A stretch of DNA of 63,808 bases, filler included, from Octopus bimaculoides (lineage: Eukaryota): assembly GCF_001194135.2 (NCBI RefSeq). It is 6 parts of 6 records of this genome, joined end to end, with 100 filler letters (N's around TTAATTAATTAA, not from the genome) between each part and the next. Parts side by side here need not be neighbours in the genome. Positions count along the whole stretch, not along the records: positions 62,503 to 63,808 come from NC_069004.1; 5 more parts are not named here. One strand, written 5' to 3'. Below, in pieces: positions 62,560 through 63,808 of the stretch. The translations under genes and the position numbers were made by a program. The notes under the pieces are model-generated. The model made no database searches, was not told the origin of the DNA, and saw only the letters and a list, made by a program, of their open reading frames with translations. Numbering within the stretch: position 1 is the stretch's first letter; each line of letters opens with the position of its first letter.

Positions 62560-62663
62560 GTTTTAGAGTAGAATATTATACACGGAGAGTTGCATTTGGC
62601 TGTTGTGTCGATATGACGACTGCGAAAACAAAGGTTCCTCACCTTCAATGGCCTTGTCGTAAA

Positions 62664-62820
62664 TGTTACGCGCAGTGGGCATAGCTGAGCAGTTAAGAAG
62701 CTGGCCTTGCAACGACGTGGTTTCGGGTTCAGCTCCACTGCAAAGCAACTTGGGCAAATGTCTTCTACAAAAACCTCAGACCGGTCAATCTCTTGTGAAT
62801 GAATTTTGTCGATGGAGTCC
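62664..62820 (+). mobile_element. OK-type SINE, 5' half (diverged)
   Basis: ggcatagctgagcagttaagaagct..gggttcagctccactg..cttgggcaaatgtcttcta. Confidence 0.7.
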
Positions 62821-63808
62821 GTATGTAATGTATGCATGTATGTATGTACGTACGTACGTATGCATATATATATATGTGTGAAAATGTGTATGTTTTGATT
62901 TATGTATGTATTCTCATACATATAGTTGCATATCTAGACATGTTCATATATATTTCAATGATAAACTTCTGTTACGAAACAAACGAGTGATGATCCAATC
63001 AATACTTGGAATTCAAAATAAACTTCGCTTCGGAATGAGCGTTCTACACGACTTCATTCAACGCAATACTCAAGTAAACATAAAACTCTGACTAGTTCGA
63101 ATCTCAAAGGATACTACAGTGAAGACCCTGAAAAAAAAACTAAACGGGTATTATAGCAACGTTGTAATTGCAACAGTTTCTAACCAATGTAGTGGAAACA
63201 TATGTAGGTCAATATTAAGCTGTAATTAAATCTAAATGTAAATTAAAAGGCATGAAATGGTACTTCATCATGCTCCTTTACAAGCAGAACACCGAAGGAA
63301 TGGTACAGGCATGGGGGAGGGAGGGGTAGCGAAGAGAGGTAATGGGTGTGAGTATGAGGTAAGTGGAAGAGAGATAAAGAGGAAAGGGAAAGAGAGGTGA
63401 TGATTTGGAAAAGAAGGGCTTAAAGGAAGAGACCTGCACACACGCGTATTCGTACACAAGCACCACATACGCGCATGCGCACGCACAAACATGTTATTAC
63501 GCATTCTGTGCCCGAATATGAGAAAGGAAATCGAGACAATACAACTACATTCGACAAAAAAACAGAAACAAATGAAACGATTCTACCTGGTTACAAGATC
63601 AAAAGAAACAATAGCGAAATTCTAGCGAACTACATCTTATCACGTTACCAAATGACATACTTGTCAGGATAGTTCTAGATACGCAAAAAGACCCGCGATG
63701 CATTAACCATTAAAGCAAAATAAGCGTACGGCATCAAGGGAAGGGGAAGTGATAAATGGTTTACGACTGTATACCACTGAGCTGATGTATGCTACTCTTA
63801 TAACATAT

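Noticed and set aside
747-62921. Long ORFs in the track (MYVC, LSIY, HTHT, X-runs)
   Set aside because: They are translations of microsatellites and N gaps.

Overview
AT-rich, gapped, microsatellite-dense eukaryotic DNA. The SINE repertoire points to an octopus (inference from SINE families recalled from memory; no search was run). Five 100-bp gaps carry an artificial TTAATTAATTAA six-frame-stop linker, so the window is six joined pieces. Most ORFs in the track are microsatellite or N-run artefacts. Supported content: many tRNA-derived SINEs; two decayed mariner transposases; a Gypsy 5' LTR+PBS+gag; a decayed Gypsy pol; a Helitron PIF1 helicase relic; a near-complete decayed CR1-clade LINE ORF2; hAT and piggyBac-type MITEs; and two in-frame minus-strand exons of an unidentified host gene. 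Main discovery: ten minimal type-I hammerhead-ribozyme motifs at eight independent loci, on both strands, each with a palindromic or near-palindromic stem III. They include a 212-bp unit with hammerheads of both polarities, a 307-bp terminally redundant monomer, fold-back-associated copies, and two diverged copies with covarying downstream hairpins. This suggests an abundant Penelope-like/retrozyme-type small RNA element system. All ribozyme calls are by-eye secondary-structure parses and are untested.
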